This document shows positions 12,873 to 27,481 of a DNA stretch of 64,000 bases, piece by piece. The DNA comes from the human T2T-CHM13v2.0 reference genome, Homo sapiens, in assembly GCF_009914755.1 (NCBI RefSeq), contig NC_060940.1. The stretch is one strand, 5' to 3'. The notes under the pieces are model-generated. The model was given only the letters and a program-made list of their open reading frames with translations. It was not told the origin of the DNA and searched no databases. Both the position numbers and the translations under genes were made by a program. The first letter of the stretch is position 1. Each line of letters starts with the position of its first letter.

Positions 12873-14224
12873 TAAGTTTTAAAATGAGTTAATTAATGAG
12901 GCATTTTTATGGCTTGCTAGTAGTATATTTACGATAGGCGTATGAATGTTCTCACCCTAGTCTTTTAGCAAAGTAGAATGTAAATGGCATCTATTTGAAT
13001 AATAAATTGTTAGCTGATATTGTTACTGAATTTTTTATTAATACAAAATTTGAATGAAGATGTTTGTTTGGAAAGTTGTTCGGCGTCATAGTAAAAGTAT
13101 GTGTGGTAAATATAGATTAAAGCAGAACAAAACTGATCAATATATGTATTATGATTTAAAAAACCATGCAGGCTAATCAGAGCTTAGATTTATCTAGGTA
13201 ATGAGACAAGAAACAAAGGAGGATTTGGAATAAAAATTTGAAGCAAGTGTACTGACAGCAGGTTTTATTGAGAAATACGATATTTTATATTGAGGATTTA
13301 CTGTTCCCTAGATTGTAAATATGAGACATTGTTCCAATGGATAATAAGGAGCTAAAGTCCTGCTAAGATTATACCAGAAAAATTGCAAACCAAGGTCATG
13401 GATAGGACACACAGTACCATTTTTTCCCTGGGGCTTGAACCTTCAGAGTATCAGTAAAGCCTTTCGGAAGAACAAGACTGACCGCTGCACCGTGATGGAG
13501 TTTACAAACCTATCTAACAATTTTATTGATTTGATTGGTCATTAACTGAAACAACTGATTATTCAATAACATTGACTTGTTAGTTTAGTAAACAATTGAG
13601 CCATTAATAGCATGTATTTCTCTAGCCGAATATTTCATGGTCAAGGAGAGGACAAAAAATTCTTGGATACAACACACTTTGAAGAGTAGTCATCATTGGC
13701 TTTAAATGGCAGCAAAATTCAGGAAGAAAGAAGTTTTCTTCCTAAACTTTTATGCTTAATTTCTCCATCTTTCCCCCTGATTGTCTTAGATATTCTGCTT
13801 TGATGCTTTCCACCCAAAGTGTAAGTTAACTGGAATATAACAAAGAGAATGACTGTTGGTTCCAACTAAGAGAAAATAAGGCCACCATGAGTGGTGTGTA
13901 GGAAAAAAGAAGATGAAGTATAAAATCATAATTCAGGGATCCATGTAAGCCAGTTGAGATAATGTAATTATTTTTAAAAAGAAAATAAAATACTAAGAAA
14001 TAGAAAAGGATTGACAAAAGTAAATATTTGAAGGTACTGCGACTGATTCCCAAGAGAGTATTCAGTAAGCATGAAAGATTGAGAGCTGTAATTAGACATG
14101 AACTGTGGGAGAAAAATGGCAAGTTACTGGAAACAGATACATCTACACAGGGATGGAAAGATCAAATATTTGAGAAACTTCATCGATCTTAGATTACCAG
14201 CCAGATAACAATTGTCAGGTGTTT

Positions 14225-14430
14225 TTTGAAAGCATGAACTCTGAGGTCAGAATGCCATATCAGTTCCACTATTTCTTGTCCATGGCCTTGGGAAATTATT
14301 ATATATCTCTCTTTTCATCAATTTCCTCATCTGTTGAGTAGAACAATAATAGTATTATAATAATAGTTTTTAACTCATAGGACTATTGAGAAGGATCCAT
14401 TAAATAATGTTTGTAAAATATGTATACATG
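14225..14430 (+). mobile_element. MIR
   Basis: GCATGAACTCTGAGGTCAGA..GGCCTTGGGAAATT..TTTCCTCATCTG..AATAATAGTA. Confidence 0.7.
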
Positions 14431-14459
14431 CTTATAATAGTTGGATGCTAAGTTTCATC

Positions 14460-14821
14460 CATTTACACTTAGCTCTTGTTCCTGAACACAATTATATGCA
14501 AGACTCTTTGCTCTGTTCCCAGAGAATGACTAGCTTTGGAGAACAGTCAACTGATGACTTGATGGGAATTACTAGTTAACCCCTTTCATTTTCCCCTCAA
14601 GTCAGCTGCTATGATGTCTCTTAGAGGTCCCCAATGGGGCTGAACTCCAGTCGCGACGGTGGTTATCTTCCCATTAATACAACCTATGTTGGTTTCCTGC
14701 CCTCCTCTATGTCACTTTTACATGCCTTCACTAGTACGTCCTGAAGTCATTTTCCAAATAAACTGCTTGATCTGAGCTATTTGTCTTAGGATCTGATTCT
14801 GAGGGAACCCAAAGTAAGACA
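14460..14821 (+). mobile_element. ERVL solo LTR, LTR16-like
   Basis: AGAGGTCCCCAATGGGGCTGAACTCCAG...CCAAATAAACTGCTTG...CTGAGGGAACCCAAAGTAAGACA terminus. Confidence 0.7.
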
Positions 14822-15455
14822 CTGATTAATAAATGTAAGTGACTATTATTACCTATTGGAATACATTTGATTCATGCTGAATTATGTTCTGTGCAAATTT
14901 TCTGAAAAATGTATTGCTCAGAGAAAGTGTTGATTACTTTTCTTCTTTCTGCCCTTAAGGACTCAAGGATTGATAATAACTTATGTATTTTCAACTATTT
15001 TCTTAATATTCTGGATTATTGCCCAGCTTCTCTACTGGAGACTTTGTGATATGATTCAGAGACAAACCAGGTAGGTATGCCAGCTGCACATTTTCCAGGA
15101 GACTTTTATTTAAATCTTCCTTTTGTTTTTATCTTAGCCTGTATTCCCATGAAAGATGACTCCAGAAACTTCAGAAGGATTGCTGGTCATTTAGCCACAC
15201 AAACCATACTCTCCCTGTCTCCATGAACCTCCAGTATATTTAGTAACCACAAGAATTTCTGAAAATCATTCAGACAGATAAGCGTTCCCTGAAACATTCA
15301 TTCAATGAGTGTCTCTAGAGGCCCTATTAAAGCACATGAAATGAGGAGTAAACAGCCAAACAGGTAAATATCTAATCTTGATATGTAAAAACACTGTAAG
15401 AGTTCAGGAAGGATAACTAACTCTGACTCGGAGATACTGAAAGAACAAAGAGATT

Positions 15456-15763
15456 GGCCAGGTGCAGTTGACTCATGCCTGTATTCCCAGACTTTGGGAA
15501 GCTGAGGTGGGTGGATCACTTGAGGCCAGGAGTTTGAGAAGAGCCTGGCCAACATGGCAAAACTCCATCTCTACTGAAAAAACAAACAAACAAACAAACA
15601 AAAAAACTAGCCAGGCATGGCAGCTCACACCTGCATTCCCAGCTACTCGGGTGGCTGAGGCATAAGAATTGCTTGAAGCTGGGTAGCAGAGGCTGTAGTG
15701 AGTGAAGATGGCACCACTGCACTCCAGCCTGAGTGACAGAGCAAGACTGTCTTAAAAAAAAAA
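15456..15763 (+). mobile_element. Full-length old Alu (AluJ/Sz) with (CAAA)n linker
   Basis: GGATCACTTGAGGCCAGGAG, two arms, A tail. Confidence 0.93.
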
Positions 15764-15961
15764 GGTTTGAGTGTCAAAGATAGAATAGGAGTTTGCCAAT
15801 GAATAAACATTGAAAATTGAGACTCAAAATAGAGTTAACACTGTATATAAAGGCCTTGGATTTTGAAAACTTGTGGAGAGTTTCAGTGAGGCAGAATCAC
15901 AATCCCATGTGTTGTGGTAGAAGATCATTCTTGAGAGAGGGAGAAGGTGTTCTATGCTAAG

Positions 15962-16134
15962 GCCATGGATCTCAAAGGTTAACGCACATGAGAAAAACCT
16001 CAGGACATGTTAGACCACAGATTACTGGGCCTTACTGAGACTCTGATTCAGTAAATTAATAACTTACATTTTTAACAAATCCCCATTTGATGCTGTTGCT
16101 TCTGGTCCAGGGAAGACACTTTGAAAGCCACTGT
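15962..16134. mobile_element. MER5A (hAT-Charlie)
   Basis: CAGATTACTGGGCC..TCTGATTCAGTA..TGATGCTGTTGCTTCTGGTCCAGGGAAGACACTTTGAAAGCCACTG. Confidence 0.8.
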
Positions 16135-16179
16135 CCTAAAGCAATATTGTGCATTTTATATTGCAGGTATTGATACTGG

Positions 16180-16600
16180 CAGATATTAATTTTAATCATG
16201 CTTTCCAGAAGCATGTAGATTAATTCTAATCCCTCTTTTACCACATCTTCAAGATTTTGCAAACCACTTTCATATAACAGCTAAGTCCACTTCCATCCGG
16301 AATAAATTTAGCTTGTTCCATGAAATATTCTTACATCCCATGGCTATCAGAACACTTACTATCCTGAGAATGCCCTAGTTTGTTTTAAAATATAACTAAA
16401 TATAGTGCCAAAAACATAACGTGCTATTTTGCATGTGATATGGCCAGGAAAGATTGCAAGGAGATGAAGTTTGCCTTTAGACAGACCATATGCTCTTACT
16501 GATGTCGTCTAAACGTGGTGTATTATCTGATTTAGCAAGAACAAACTACTATTTAACATTGTGCTTGTTTCAACAAAAGCCCTGGGGATTTCCTTCTGCA
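16180..16600 (-). mobile_element. CR1/L3 LINE fragment
   Basis: Diverged similarity to the antisense L3 RT region (TAAATATAGTGCCAAAACATAAC...TCAACAAAAGCCCTGGGGATTT). Confidence 0.5.
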
Positions 16601-16654
16601 GGAGTGTACTTGATGACAATTAGGAGGTGAAAAAGTGTCTTTTCTATTTATGAT

Positions 16655-16760
16655 AACAAATGGTTTTGTTTACTTCTGTATTTTCAGCATCGAGAGAAAT
16701 GCCTGGCACACAAGAAGTGCTCAGGAAATATTTGCTAAGTAAATTATCAAATGAATGTCA
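16655..16760 (+). mobile_element. L2 3' end
   Basis: ATGCCTGGCACACAAGAAGTGCTCAGGAAATATTTGCT. Confidence 0.65.
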
Positions 16761-17149
16761 GGCCTTAGCTCATGTGTTTGCAAATTTCACCAGGGTATTT
16801 AAACAGTATATCCAAGTTAGACTTTTTTCTCCATTCACTGAGTGTTGCTGTAAGAAATGGCTTCATTGAAAGCCTGACTACATCCTTCCCCTTTTCTTAT
16901 CTTCCCACTCACACAGATGCTTACATGAAGTACTTACAAAGATTTCTGTCTTCATGCTTCTTCTGTGATAACTTGAGAATCATATAAATAACAGAATTTG
17001 GCAGCAATGTCAAGTATTCTGTTAAATATGTTGAAATATTGATTATTTAAGTCAGTGACCACCTTTCATATATTTTTCTCGTTGGTCCTAAATATAGTTC
17101 CTAAGTAAAATGAGTATGATAAGAATTTGAAAGTAAAGGCACCAACATT

Positions 17150-17350
17150 ATGTGTGTTTATGTTATGTACATTTTAAAAATTATCTTTACTTCTCCTAAG
17201 AATCTAGTGAGGAAAGTATTTCTATTTCCATCTTATTAATAAGGAAATTCAGGCTCAGAGGCATTAGGTAGATTACTCAGAGTTATACAGCTATGAAGTG
17301 GAGGATTTAAATGGAAAGGATAAGTAGATTATAGATACAATCCTGTCATC
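17150..17350 (-). mobile_element. MIR
   Basis: CCATCTTATTAATAAGGAAATTCAGGCTCAGAGGCATTAGGTAG..CAGAGTTATACAGCTA. Confidence 0.65.
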
Positions 17351-17435
17351 TATGTCTTGACTAGTATTGATAGATAGAACCTCTATCTAACAGGTGAGGT
17401 TGACTATAAAAATAAGCAGATGGAGATAAGAACAC

Positions 17436-17810
<375 letters not shown>

Positions 17811-17905
17811 TAAAACTTGGGGAACAACGCTTTTTAAATCTTATCACACATTTACTATGTGTTAGAGACTCAGAAAAGGAAGAAGAATAAAATTTTGTTG
17901 AGATA

Positions 17906-17955
17906 TTAGGTTGTTGCAAAAGTAATTAAAGTTCTTGTCATTAAAAGTAATGGCA
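17906..17955. mobile_element. MADE1 (Hsmar1-derived MITE), partial
   Basis: TTAGGTTGTTGCAAAAGTAATT...CATTAAAAGTAATGGCAA; right TIR missing. Confidence 0.75.
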
Positions 17956-17964
17956 AAGGAATAG

Positions 17965-19700
17965 ATGTTGTAAATAAAATGCAAGGCAGAAATGAAACTG
18001 GAAGGGGTAAATGAGAGAGCCTGGAGGAAAACAATCCATTAGAAATCTTAGAAATTGTTGTATATATAATATATGTATATATATACTATATATACACACA
18101 CACATATATCTGATTTTACATATAATTGATTATATGTGTGTGTACGATTAGTAACTCCAAACTGAAGAGTAAAGGAGAAAATCAGTGATTTTAAAAAGAG
18201 CAGTGAGAAATTCATTAAAAACTCAGCCAAAAAAGGCAAAAAATATATATTTTAAATGAAACATTTGGAGCAATGGAAAACAGACTGAATATTGCAATTC
18301 TATCTTGTAGGTGGTGTTTCACAAAGAGAAAATGGAGGGAAAGGTGTGGAAGCGACATTTAAAAAGGAATTTAAGTTTATGTTTCCACAAATGAGGAAGG
18401 CATTGTTTCCTAGCTCAAAGAGTTTCACTGAATCCCATGCAGCATAAACACACACAAAAATTTAGCCTAGACACATTTGAGTGAAACTATGGATTAGAGG
18501 AAACCTTACAATTTGCAGTAAATAAGGGATTATTATTGACACAGTGAAGTAGACTAACAGCTGACTTTCATCAACAGTAATAGATGCCAGAGCATTATAT
18601 GATATCATCTCTAAGTGAGCTCAGGAAAAATAAGAGACATATTAGCTAGTTTATTCTGCCTTTCATCTTGAAAGTTAAATGTATTTTTGAGAGTTAAGTA
18701 AATGACATCCATTCAGGAATCCTCAAAAAGAGAAATATAAAGAATGCACTTGAGTAAGAATAAGAGGAAATCCAGAAGGAAGTGAGACAAGATAGGAAAA
18801 AGCTGAGCAGAGTTAAAGGGGCTAATATTTTTTATGATTAAAAAAAGTAAAACTAAAGTTTCAGACAACAATAACAAACTATTACAGAATTTCCTAGTGC
18901 TGAAAATGTGCTAAAATGTTTACCATGTTTCGGTCAAGGTTAGAAATACCAAATGGCTAGGTTTGTTGATAGCCTTTTTTTTTTCAGTGTATTGTTTTTA
19001 AAGCAACATATTCACTAAAGAATAGAAATTCAAACTTTACTTATAGAACATATAAATAGAAATAAAGAAGAACCTAAAATTTTTAAATCAACAAATGATA
19101 TAGGAGAAAAAAAGTGAAGAACAAAGAATGATCAACAGGCATCCTTAGTATATGTGTTAAATCAAAATATACAAATAATTATAAATATAATTATAGTATC
19201 ATGAATTAGAGCCAGAAATTTTCTGATTAGATTTTTAAAGAATTCAACTATATTATGTTTCTAAGAGACATAATATTTCAAATTACACAAGGCAATAAAA
19301 TTAAAGAGCTGGAAAAGACAATATCCATACAAACATTAAATAAATAGAGCTATGGAGACAATATTAATATCATAAAGACTGAAGTTTAGAAAACAGCATT
19401 AATAGAGATAAAAGATGTGAAACTTCTATGTTCTCCAACAGTAAATTTGTAATTGAACTGTTGTATATTTATAAAATAGAAATACTATTAATCAGTAAAA
19501 ATGAATAAAATATATCAACATGGATAAATATCCAATATAATTCTGTGCAGGAAGAAAAGGAGATTAATGCTACATACAGGATTATATAAAGTTAACAGTA
19601 TTCAAAATACTTTAGAATGATAAACACAAATTTAGTACAATGGTTACCCTGCAGACAGGGACTCTGATAAGAGTTTAATTACAAAATCTTTGAAACAAGT
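17965..19700 (+). mobile_element. Very old L1M (L1ME-like): ORF1/EN remnants and 3' pieces
   Basis: CCTAGACACATTTGAGTGAAACT, AGACTAACAGCTGACTTTCATCAACAGTAATAGATGCCAGA (ORF1) and CAACTATATTATGTTTCTAAGAGACA (EN). Confidence 0.6.
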
Positions 19701-20384
19701 GAAAACTCTAACAAAGTAGAGATAAGATAGTAAAATGTATTTTAATATCTCAGCACTTTGTGTGTATATGCATGCATGTATGTGTGTTTGTGTGTGTGTG
19801 TTGGATAGAGTAAGGACAAACTTCCTATTTGAATCTTCAACATATGTCTCTCCTGAGACTAGGACACCAAGCCATAATTAGCAATCCAGGCCACTAGGCA
19901 GAGGAATGAGGAAATCAATATGAGAAACCCCTTTCTGTAGAGGTTTCAACTCTCAGAGGCAGTGACTTGAGCTTTGCCGAGCTTGTTCAGCCCTTTACTA
20001 ACCTCCCTTCTGCTCTGATTATTCTAGGCAGCTCATTCCCATCAGTCCCCCTCCTCACAGAGCTCCTCAGCGATAACACAAACCCAGTTTGCATCTGTCA
20101 GGCTCTGCCTGAAAAACTCTAAATTCATACAAATGTCACTTCTCAGCCTGTAAAAGCCAAAGAAAGGTTCTTTCATTCAACCGATGGGCCACAGGCAAAT
20201 AGTGAAAGAAGGGGTCCTGATGTTTTCCTTTTTCAGTAAGGTAATTTCAGTAATTTACTCTTACCTCCAAAACATTTGTTTTTCTTTTTTTTTTTCACTT
20301 AATATTGGTGCTTACTTTCCCTCATGTGGCTTATAAATAGAACAATGGCAACCTTATTCAGATGATATCAATAGAAAGACAAGA

Positions 20385-20490
20385 TGGTGCATTAGAAAAA
20401 GCTCAGACTTTGGTATTAAGTCCAGCTTTAAATCCCGGACCATCCACTTGACAGCTGGGTGTTTGGGAAGTTGTTTTTCTCCCAAGCTAA
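20385..20490 (+). mobile_element. MIR fragment
   Basis: AGAAAAAGCTCAGACTTTGG..AAATCCCGG..CCACTTGACAGCTGGGTG. Confidence 0.55.
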
Positions 20491-20559
20491 AGAGTCTTCA
20501 CTTACTGGTTCTGCTTGGTCTGACTCTTCCACCAGCTAAGATGCATCTTGCTCCAGATT

Positions 20560-20920
20560 GCCCTTTGATTTTCTGTTTTTCTGCCACAACCATTTATATT
20601 TCCTTTTATGCTTCTCCTTGCCACAGTGACTTTGCACAAGCTCTAGCTTTGCTTGGAATGACACCCATCTCAAATCTCACTCCACTTCACAAAGTTAACC
20701 CTTATCCTGTCTTCAGACTGTGCCCGATCATCATTTTCTCAAGAGCACCTTTTGCACCTAGGTAAATTTCTTCTATAACATATTTTCAGAACCACATATC
20801 CATTAAAATATTACAAAACCATTTTTTCAGTGCTTATTTTATTAAATTCTGTCTCTACCACATAATGATGTAAAACTAGGAGTGTAGGAACCATTTTTAC
20901 TTCATGCTTCCAGCACTTCA
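20560..20920 (+). mobile_element. L2 fragment
   Basis: GACTTTGCACAAGCT..TGCTTGGAATG..TCCTGTCTTCAGACT resembles L2. Confidence 0.5.
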
Positions 20921-21117
20921 TTGTCCTTCAGAACTAGTCCTTCACTCAAAACTTAACTGTCACTTGAAAGCACAGTGTACTACCTGCCTCTTACCGGTTC
21001 TTCCAGGCTGAGTCTGTGGAATAGCAAAGAACCAAAAGTTAATTCCTGCTGCCAGAGCTCAGCAAAACTTCAGAAATAATAGTGTGAATGCTTTCACTAA
21101 TGAAAACACCTCGTTTG

Positions 21118-22175
<1,058 letters not shown>

Positions 22176-22439
22176 TTCCCTATGGAAAACTCTGGTTAAT
22201 TTGTACTAATCTATACCGCTTAAAAGTACTGAGATATTTTTATGTGTACTCAGAGCTAACATTCCACATACCTCCATGGTCCACAGTATCATAGCACATC
22301 AAATCTGCTCAAGATAACTTTACGTCATAGCACATTGAAACATACCAGGGTATACTGGTCTGACTTCAGAAAATATTTATAATTCTTCCTTCCCCCCTTA
22401 TTAGACTAATAAAATTTTCATCCTCCTCTTTCCTTTTTC

Positions 22440-23045
22440 TCTGACTTTTTATTGCTGCACAACAAATTACCTCAAAACTTAATGGCATAGTTCTGGCACT
22501 TGTTGCTTTCCTGGAATGGGATTTTGTGGATCTGGAATTCCAGTAGGGCACAGCAGAGATGACTTGTTTCTGTCTCCCTATATCTGCGACCTCAGCTGGA
22601 AGACTCAACGCCTGGGAGGGGTGACTTTTATGACTACAGGTTGGAATTACCTGCAGCCTTGTTCACTTAGGTGTCTCACAGTTCATGCTGGATGTTAGCT
22701 GGGAACTCAGCTGAGTTTGTCATTTAGAACAACTATATCTACCCTCTCTACGTAGTTTGGGATTCCTCATAATGATGACTAGATTGCAAAGATGAGCTTA
22801 TCAGAGAGAGAGACAGACAGACAGGCAGACAGGCAGACAGGTGGAAGAGGTGTCACCTTTCATAACCCAGCTAAGCTGTCACATAGTGCCATTGATTTCC
22901 ATGATACCTGATTAGTTAAACCACTAACAAAAGTATACCCAGGTTCTAGGGGAGGAGACATACATTTCACCTTTTGATGGACATAGGAAAGTATGTGGGA
23001 TTAAAAATAGTTTTATAGCCATTTTTGGAAAATAAAATCTAGCAC
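22440..23045 (-). mobile_element. MaLR MLT1-family solo LTR
   Basis: TATTGCTGCACAACAAATTACCTCAAAACTTAATGGC..GGGCACAGCAGAGATGACTTGTTTCTG..GCCATTTTTGGAAAATAAAATCT. Confidence 0.75.
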
Positions 23046-24384
23046 TCCCTCTTAGAATTGCTTATTAGAACCATTTGGGTTCACTAGATGCTATAATTCT
23101 GAGTTTATGGTGCCTATTGGCCAAAATGTCTCCAAATGCTTAACTCTTATTCAACAACCATTCCTTAGACTTGTGTCATTTTGTTTAATCCACTACTACA
23201 TTTAACTAATCATGCACCCTCCAAGTCTTCCTTCAGCTTCCACCTGCATTGCCCCATTGCATTGATGCCCTAGAGGGCTTCTTATCCAAGAACATCATCA
23301 CAGCAAAAAAACAAAAAAGTCATTAGCAATAATTTAATAATTTTTAAATATAACCAAAAATAAATGAGGGAATAGACTTTTGCAAGTAGTTTTTAAGTGG
23401 AAAAATATCACCAACAATTGGGAAAAAAGTCTCTTACTTACCAGAGAGGCACAATAGGCATGCAGTATTGGAGGATGATAAAGGAAACTTAACTGACCTT
23501 CACCCAAAAAACCCTACTGTGAGAAAATTAACTTATTTAACTTATTGGCAAGAAGAAGGCAATCTTGACACTGTAATATTGATGGCTGTATAAAATAAAA
23601 TTGGAGTGAAACTGTGAACATACATAATCCAGACCAGTGAATTAATGCCAGTAGGAGGTTAGAATGCAAATCATTAGTTTCCCCAAAACCTCTAGCAAGT
23701 ATATCACAAATAGAACTTATTTCACATGGTTAGAAAATTAACAGTAAACTGCTTATTTAAATCATAGGAGAAATGTCACTTTGTAAACGAAAGATATTTA
23801 GCTGTATGGATATTCCTCTTCCCTGGTTTCTTTGCTTCCTACTGAAACTGAAAACACATGACAAGCCCCCTACTTCAGCAGTGATGCTCAATATTGCTAA
23901 TGCTCCTAATAAAGTCAATTTTACTTTGAAGAGTTTTAGAGAACTTCCAAATGCTGAATCTTCAAACTGCTTGAATTAGGACACATACACGAATCTGAAA
24001 TAAACTCTGATGCTCAATTCACACATTAAAGACCTTCCTTCTTAATTTAGACTTACCTTACACCTCTGGATTCACTTTACTATTGCTGTTCCAAAATATA
24101 TTTATTCTGGAATTTTCTAATAGTGGTTGATATTTCTTCAAAGTGTTTGTTAAAACTTTAAAACTTTAAATTGTATACTTGGATATTTAAGCATTTGAAA
24201 AATGGTTTTCCCAAAGTTGTTATAGCCTGTAACAATTCCACCATGAGATATACACACACAGGCATACACATGCATACATGCAAGTACGTGTGTATGACAG
24301 ACTATATATGTTTGTGTGTGTTTATACACACACACTCTTTATGTTTATATGTATACATACAAAGAAATATAGTACATGTACATC

Positions 24385-24386
<2 letters not shown>

Positions 24387-24429
<43 letters not shown>

Positions 24430-24439
24430 CAGAGACAGA
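24387..24439. repeat. Compound microsatellite (TG)16 followed by (AG)n
   Basis: Directly visible. Confidence 0.95.
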
Positions 24440-25019
24440 GTGAAGCTGGTAGAAAACTTGGAGTTTTGTTCAGTATTGTTTTCTAGCTCATAGAATCATT
24501 CACAATATAAATATCAATATGGCCAACAAATTATTTAAGTTTTTTATTTCTAGAATATAATTTGTTCTTTATTGCATTGTATGAATAAAGATTAATTTTA
24601 AGAAAATATATCAAACTCCTTATAAATGAGGATATTGGCATAACATTGCCATAGATTCATGAAAATGTCAAATTTGGGCTGTATTATTGTTGCAAAAATT
24701 TTAAAAATAATTTTTATAGAATTGATTTGAGATTCATTGTTGGTATATTCTGTCTCATTATTCAACCAAAATGCATTCAATTTTTAAAATTCAGAGAACA
24801 ACCGTCTGGTATGTTTTATTTTATACTATTTAAACCCCTTCATTATCCAATGAAATAAAATTCCTATATAACAGTTGCAAAGTCTTTAAAGTGTTTATCT
24901 TACAATCATTGATAGATTGTTTTTAACCTATCCAAATGTTATTATCTAATCTTGATTTGTATTAAATATAGCAAACAGTCATTTTCTTTAACATTCTTGT
25001 CTTCTAAATAATTTATATT

Positions 25020-25099
25020 TTAGGTTGGTGCAAATGTAATTGTGGTTTTTCCTATTACATTCAATGGCAAAAAACGCAATTACATTTGCACCAACCTAA
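25020..25099. mobile_element. Full-length 80-bp MADE1 palindromic MITE
   Basis: TTAGGTTGGTGCAAATGTAATTG ... CAATTACATTTGCACCAACCTAA terminal inverted repeats. Confidence 0.93.
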
Positions 25100-26009
25100 T
25101 AGATATTTTAAAACATGCATATATATGAATATAAATGTATACCATGTTTTAGAATGGTTTGTATAAGAAAATCCAGTTAGGGTTGAAAATATCTAGTTAG
25201 GATTGATAATGCATTATATATGGTATATGCATTGGTATACATTTTAAAAATATTTTAAGCCTGGAATTGTTTTGTAAAAAACAAATTGAGCTTCTAGATG
25301 TTTCTCAGTCCACTGAACGGTTTCTCCATCCTCTAGGGAACAATTTTAATTTGAAATATTTAGTAAGTTCAGTTTTATGACTGTGCCACAACACGAGCAA
25401 TTTTATTGAAATAGAAAGGGAAGAATAAAAATATTCAATAATTATTTTATTGATTTGGAGGCAATGAATTATTCATGGTTTCAAAGTATCTGTGTATAAT
25501 TCTAATTACCTGCTTTTAAAGGATATGAGACCCGCTGAAAGTACATTAACAATTTTGATTGAACACCTGCTCCCTGGTAGAATATAGCAGGCATTAGAAC
25601 CAAAATCCACTGTTTGTGTATGAATGTGTGCAAATGTGTGTGTGTATGTGTGTGTTTCTGATTTTCGGGGTGATCATGATATACTGTGCTTTGTTGGCAT
25701 CTGATACCATGCTTTGATAGTTGTAAAAATAGGTCATTCAAGGTGATATAGCCAAATTATTCCCGACTCAAATGCATTATGCATTTTCTAACTATCTCTA
25801 TTCATTTGTAGCTGTGACATACATTTTGAAGCATTAGAAATGCTTCCTGAGAAGGTTTCCTGAGACAAGGACTTGCTTATATACTTCTGCATTATTTTCA
25901 GTGACTAGTGGATAAAATCATAGTCTTATGTCTGCTATTATCCAGGTGTGAACCGAGGATTTTGGACTCAATGCCCTCACCCCCATCTACACCTGTAGGT
26001 CAGCTGCTA

Positions 26010-26600
26010 TCACAGTGGTAGCACCATCATCCACTTAGTTAATTGGCCAAATTATTTAACTCGAAAAATTTCAGGGTCAAAGTTGGCTTAAGGAAGCTGG
26101 CAACACTGAATTAGGTGATAGTTCTGGGCAATCCTACTGACTTTATTATTTTTAAAATTTCTTACCTTTCTTCACATCCCCCTGCTAGTAGCTTAATTCA
26201 TTGGCATTTTCATGGGAACTTTACTGAAATTGCAGCCAGTCTCTTTATTCATGTTTCTTATCTGTTGCTTCTTTTTCATGTCACATTCAGGTGGTAAATT
26301 TGGTATAGTGAGCACTTTTCATGCCATCCTCCCTTCTGAACCCTTGACATTGCAGAGCCCTGGCTTTAGGACAGTCTCTTAATGTGACTTACAATGTCTA
26401 CAACGTCTTCTCTGATCTTTTTTTCTATGTCTCTGCCTTATTTCTCAGCAATTTTTCCCTTGAATTCTATGATCTCATTTTATCAAACATCTAGTTTTCC
26501 TGAATAACCATACTTTCTTTTCACTAGGCCCTTATACTGTTACTTCTTTCACTGTGAATACCTTACTTCTTACTCTCAACTCAAAAAAAAAATGTATTTG
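26010..26600 (+). mobile_element. L2 fragment, diverged
   Basis: CACCATCATCCACTTAGT..; GCAGCCAGTCTC..; CTCTTAATGTGACTTACAATGTC resemble L2. Confidence 0.45.
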
Positions 26601-27219
26601 TTCAAATAGTAACTTGTCTGTGCATTTTAATGGTATCTAATAAATTAAATCAGTACAATGTGAAATTCAGATTAGACTAAGTTTTAATAAAAGAAAAGAT
26701 TACCATTTTATCATAGTTTATGTTTCTTGAATTTTCTCATAAATTATGTTTGTCCATATTTATAAACGTAAGTGAATCCTTAAAAAAAACCTCCTCACTT
26801 TGTTTTTCTATCATGACAATATATCAGAACTATAATGAGACAAGGTGTCTATTATTTTAGATGCAGTTTTTATTGCTTAACTCTGAAAACAGTAAGGGCC
26901 CATCACTTCTCTCTGGGATAAAGCCACAAATGTTTCTTTCTCATAACTGGTAAAAAAATAATTAATTAAAAAATGTTTTAAAAAGTACTCAGACTTTTAA
27001 GGAGACGAAAACTTACGGGGGTAGGAGAAGAAAAGAAAGAAAGTCAAGAATACATCTGATGCTTACTCTATGAGTTGAAATAAAAACAAACAAGTCAATA
27101 TTTGGCTCAACCTTTGGGGATATGAGACAAGGATAATATTGCACTCTTTGGTAAGGAAATGTGTTTGTAAAATTTTATCTGACAGTTCAACAATAGCGCT
27201 TCAGTAACAAAAACCTAGT

Positions 27220-27415
27220 CTTAGCATCTGTAACATTTATGTAGACACTTTACATTTTTTTCTATAATTTTCACAACCATTTGGCAATTTAGAGGTATAT
27301 CTCCTTTTCCATCTGTGAATCTGAGATTTTGTTTTACTAAGTCCCAAAGCCACGTGGTAGAACCTAAACGTGAACCCAAGAAATGTTTTTTCCCTATTGC
27401 TCCACACAGCATTTT
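27220..27415 (-). mobile_element. MIR
   Basis: TTTCACAACCATT..TCTCCTTTTCC..CTGAGA..CCCAAAGCCACGTGGTAGAACC. Confidence 0.5.
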
Positions 27416-27439
27416 ATTTGACTGACCATATTACACGAT

Positions 27440-27481
27440 CACACACACACACATACACACACACATACACACACACACACA
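27440..27481. repeat. Interrupted (CA)n
   Basis: Directly visible. Confidence 0.9.

Noticed and set aside
24480-24900. Minus-strand frame faintly resembling an R4/Dong or L1-like RT C-terminus
   Set aside because: Similarity too weak in very AT-rich DNA to support without an HMM search.
25145-25210. Short direct repeat GAAAAT..C(C/T)AGTTAGG.TTGA as an array
   Set aside because: Only two imperfect copies; an ordinary local duplication, not CRISPR-like.
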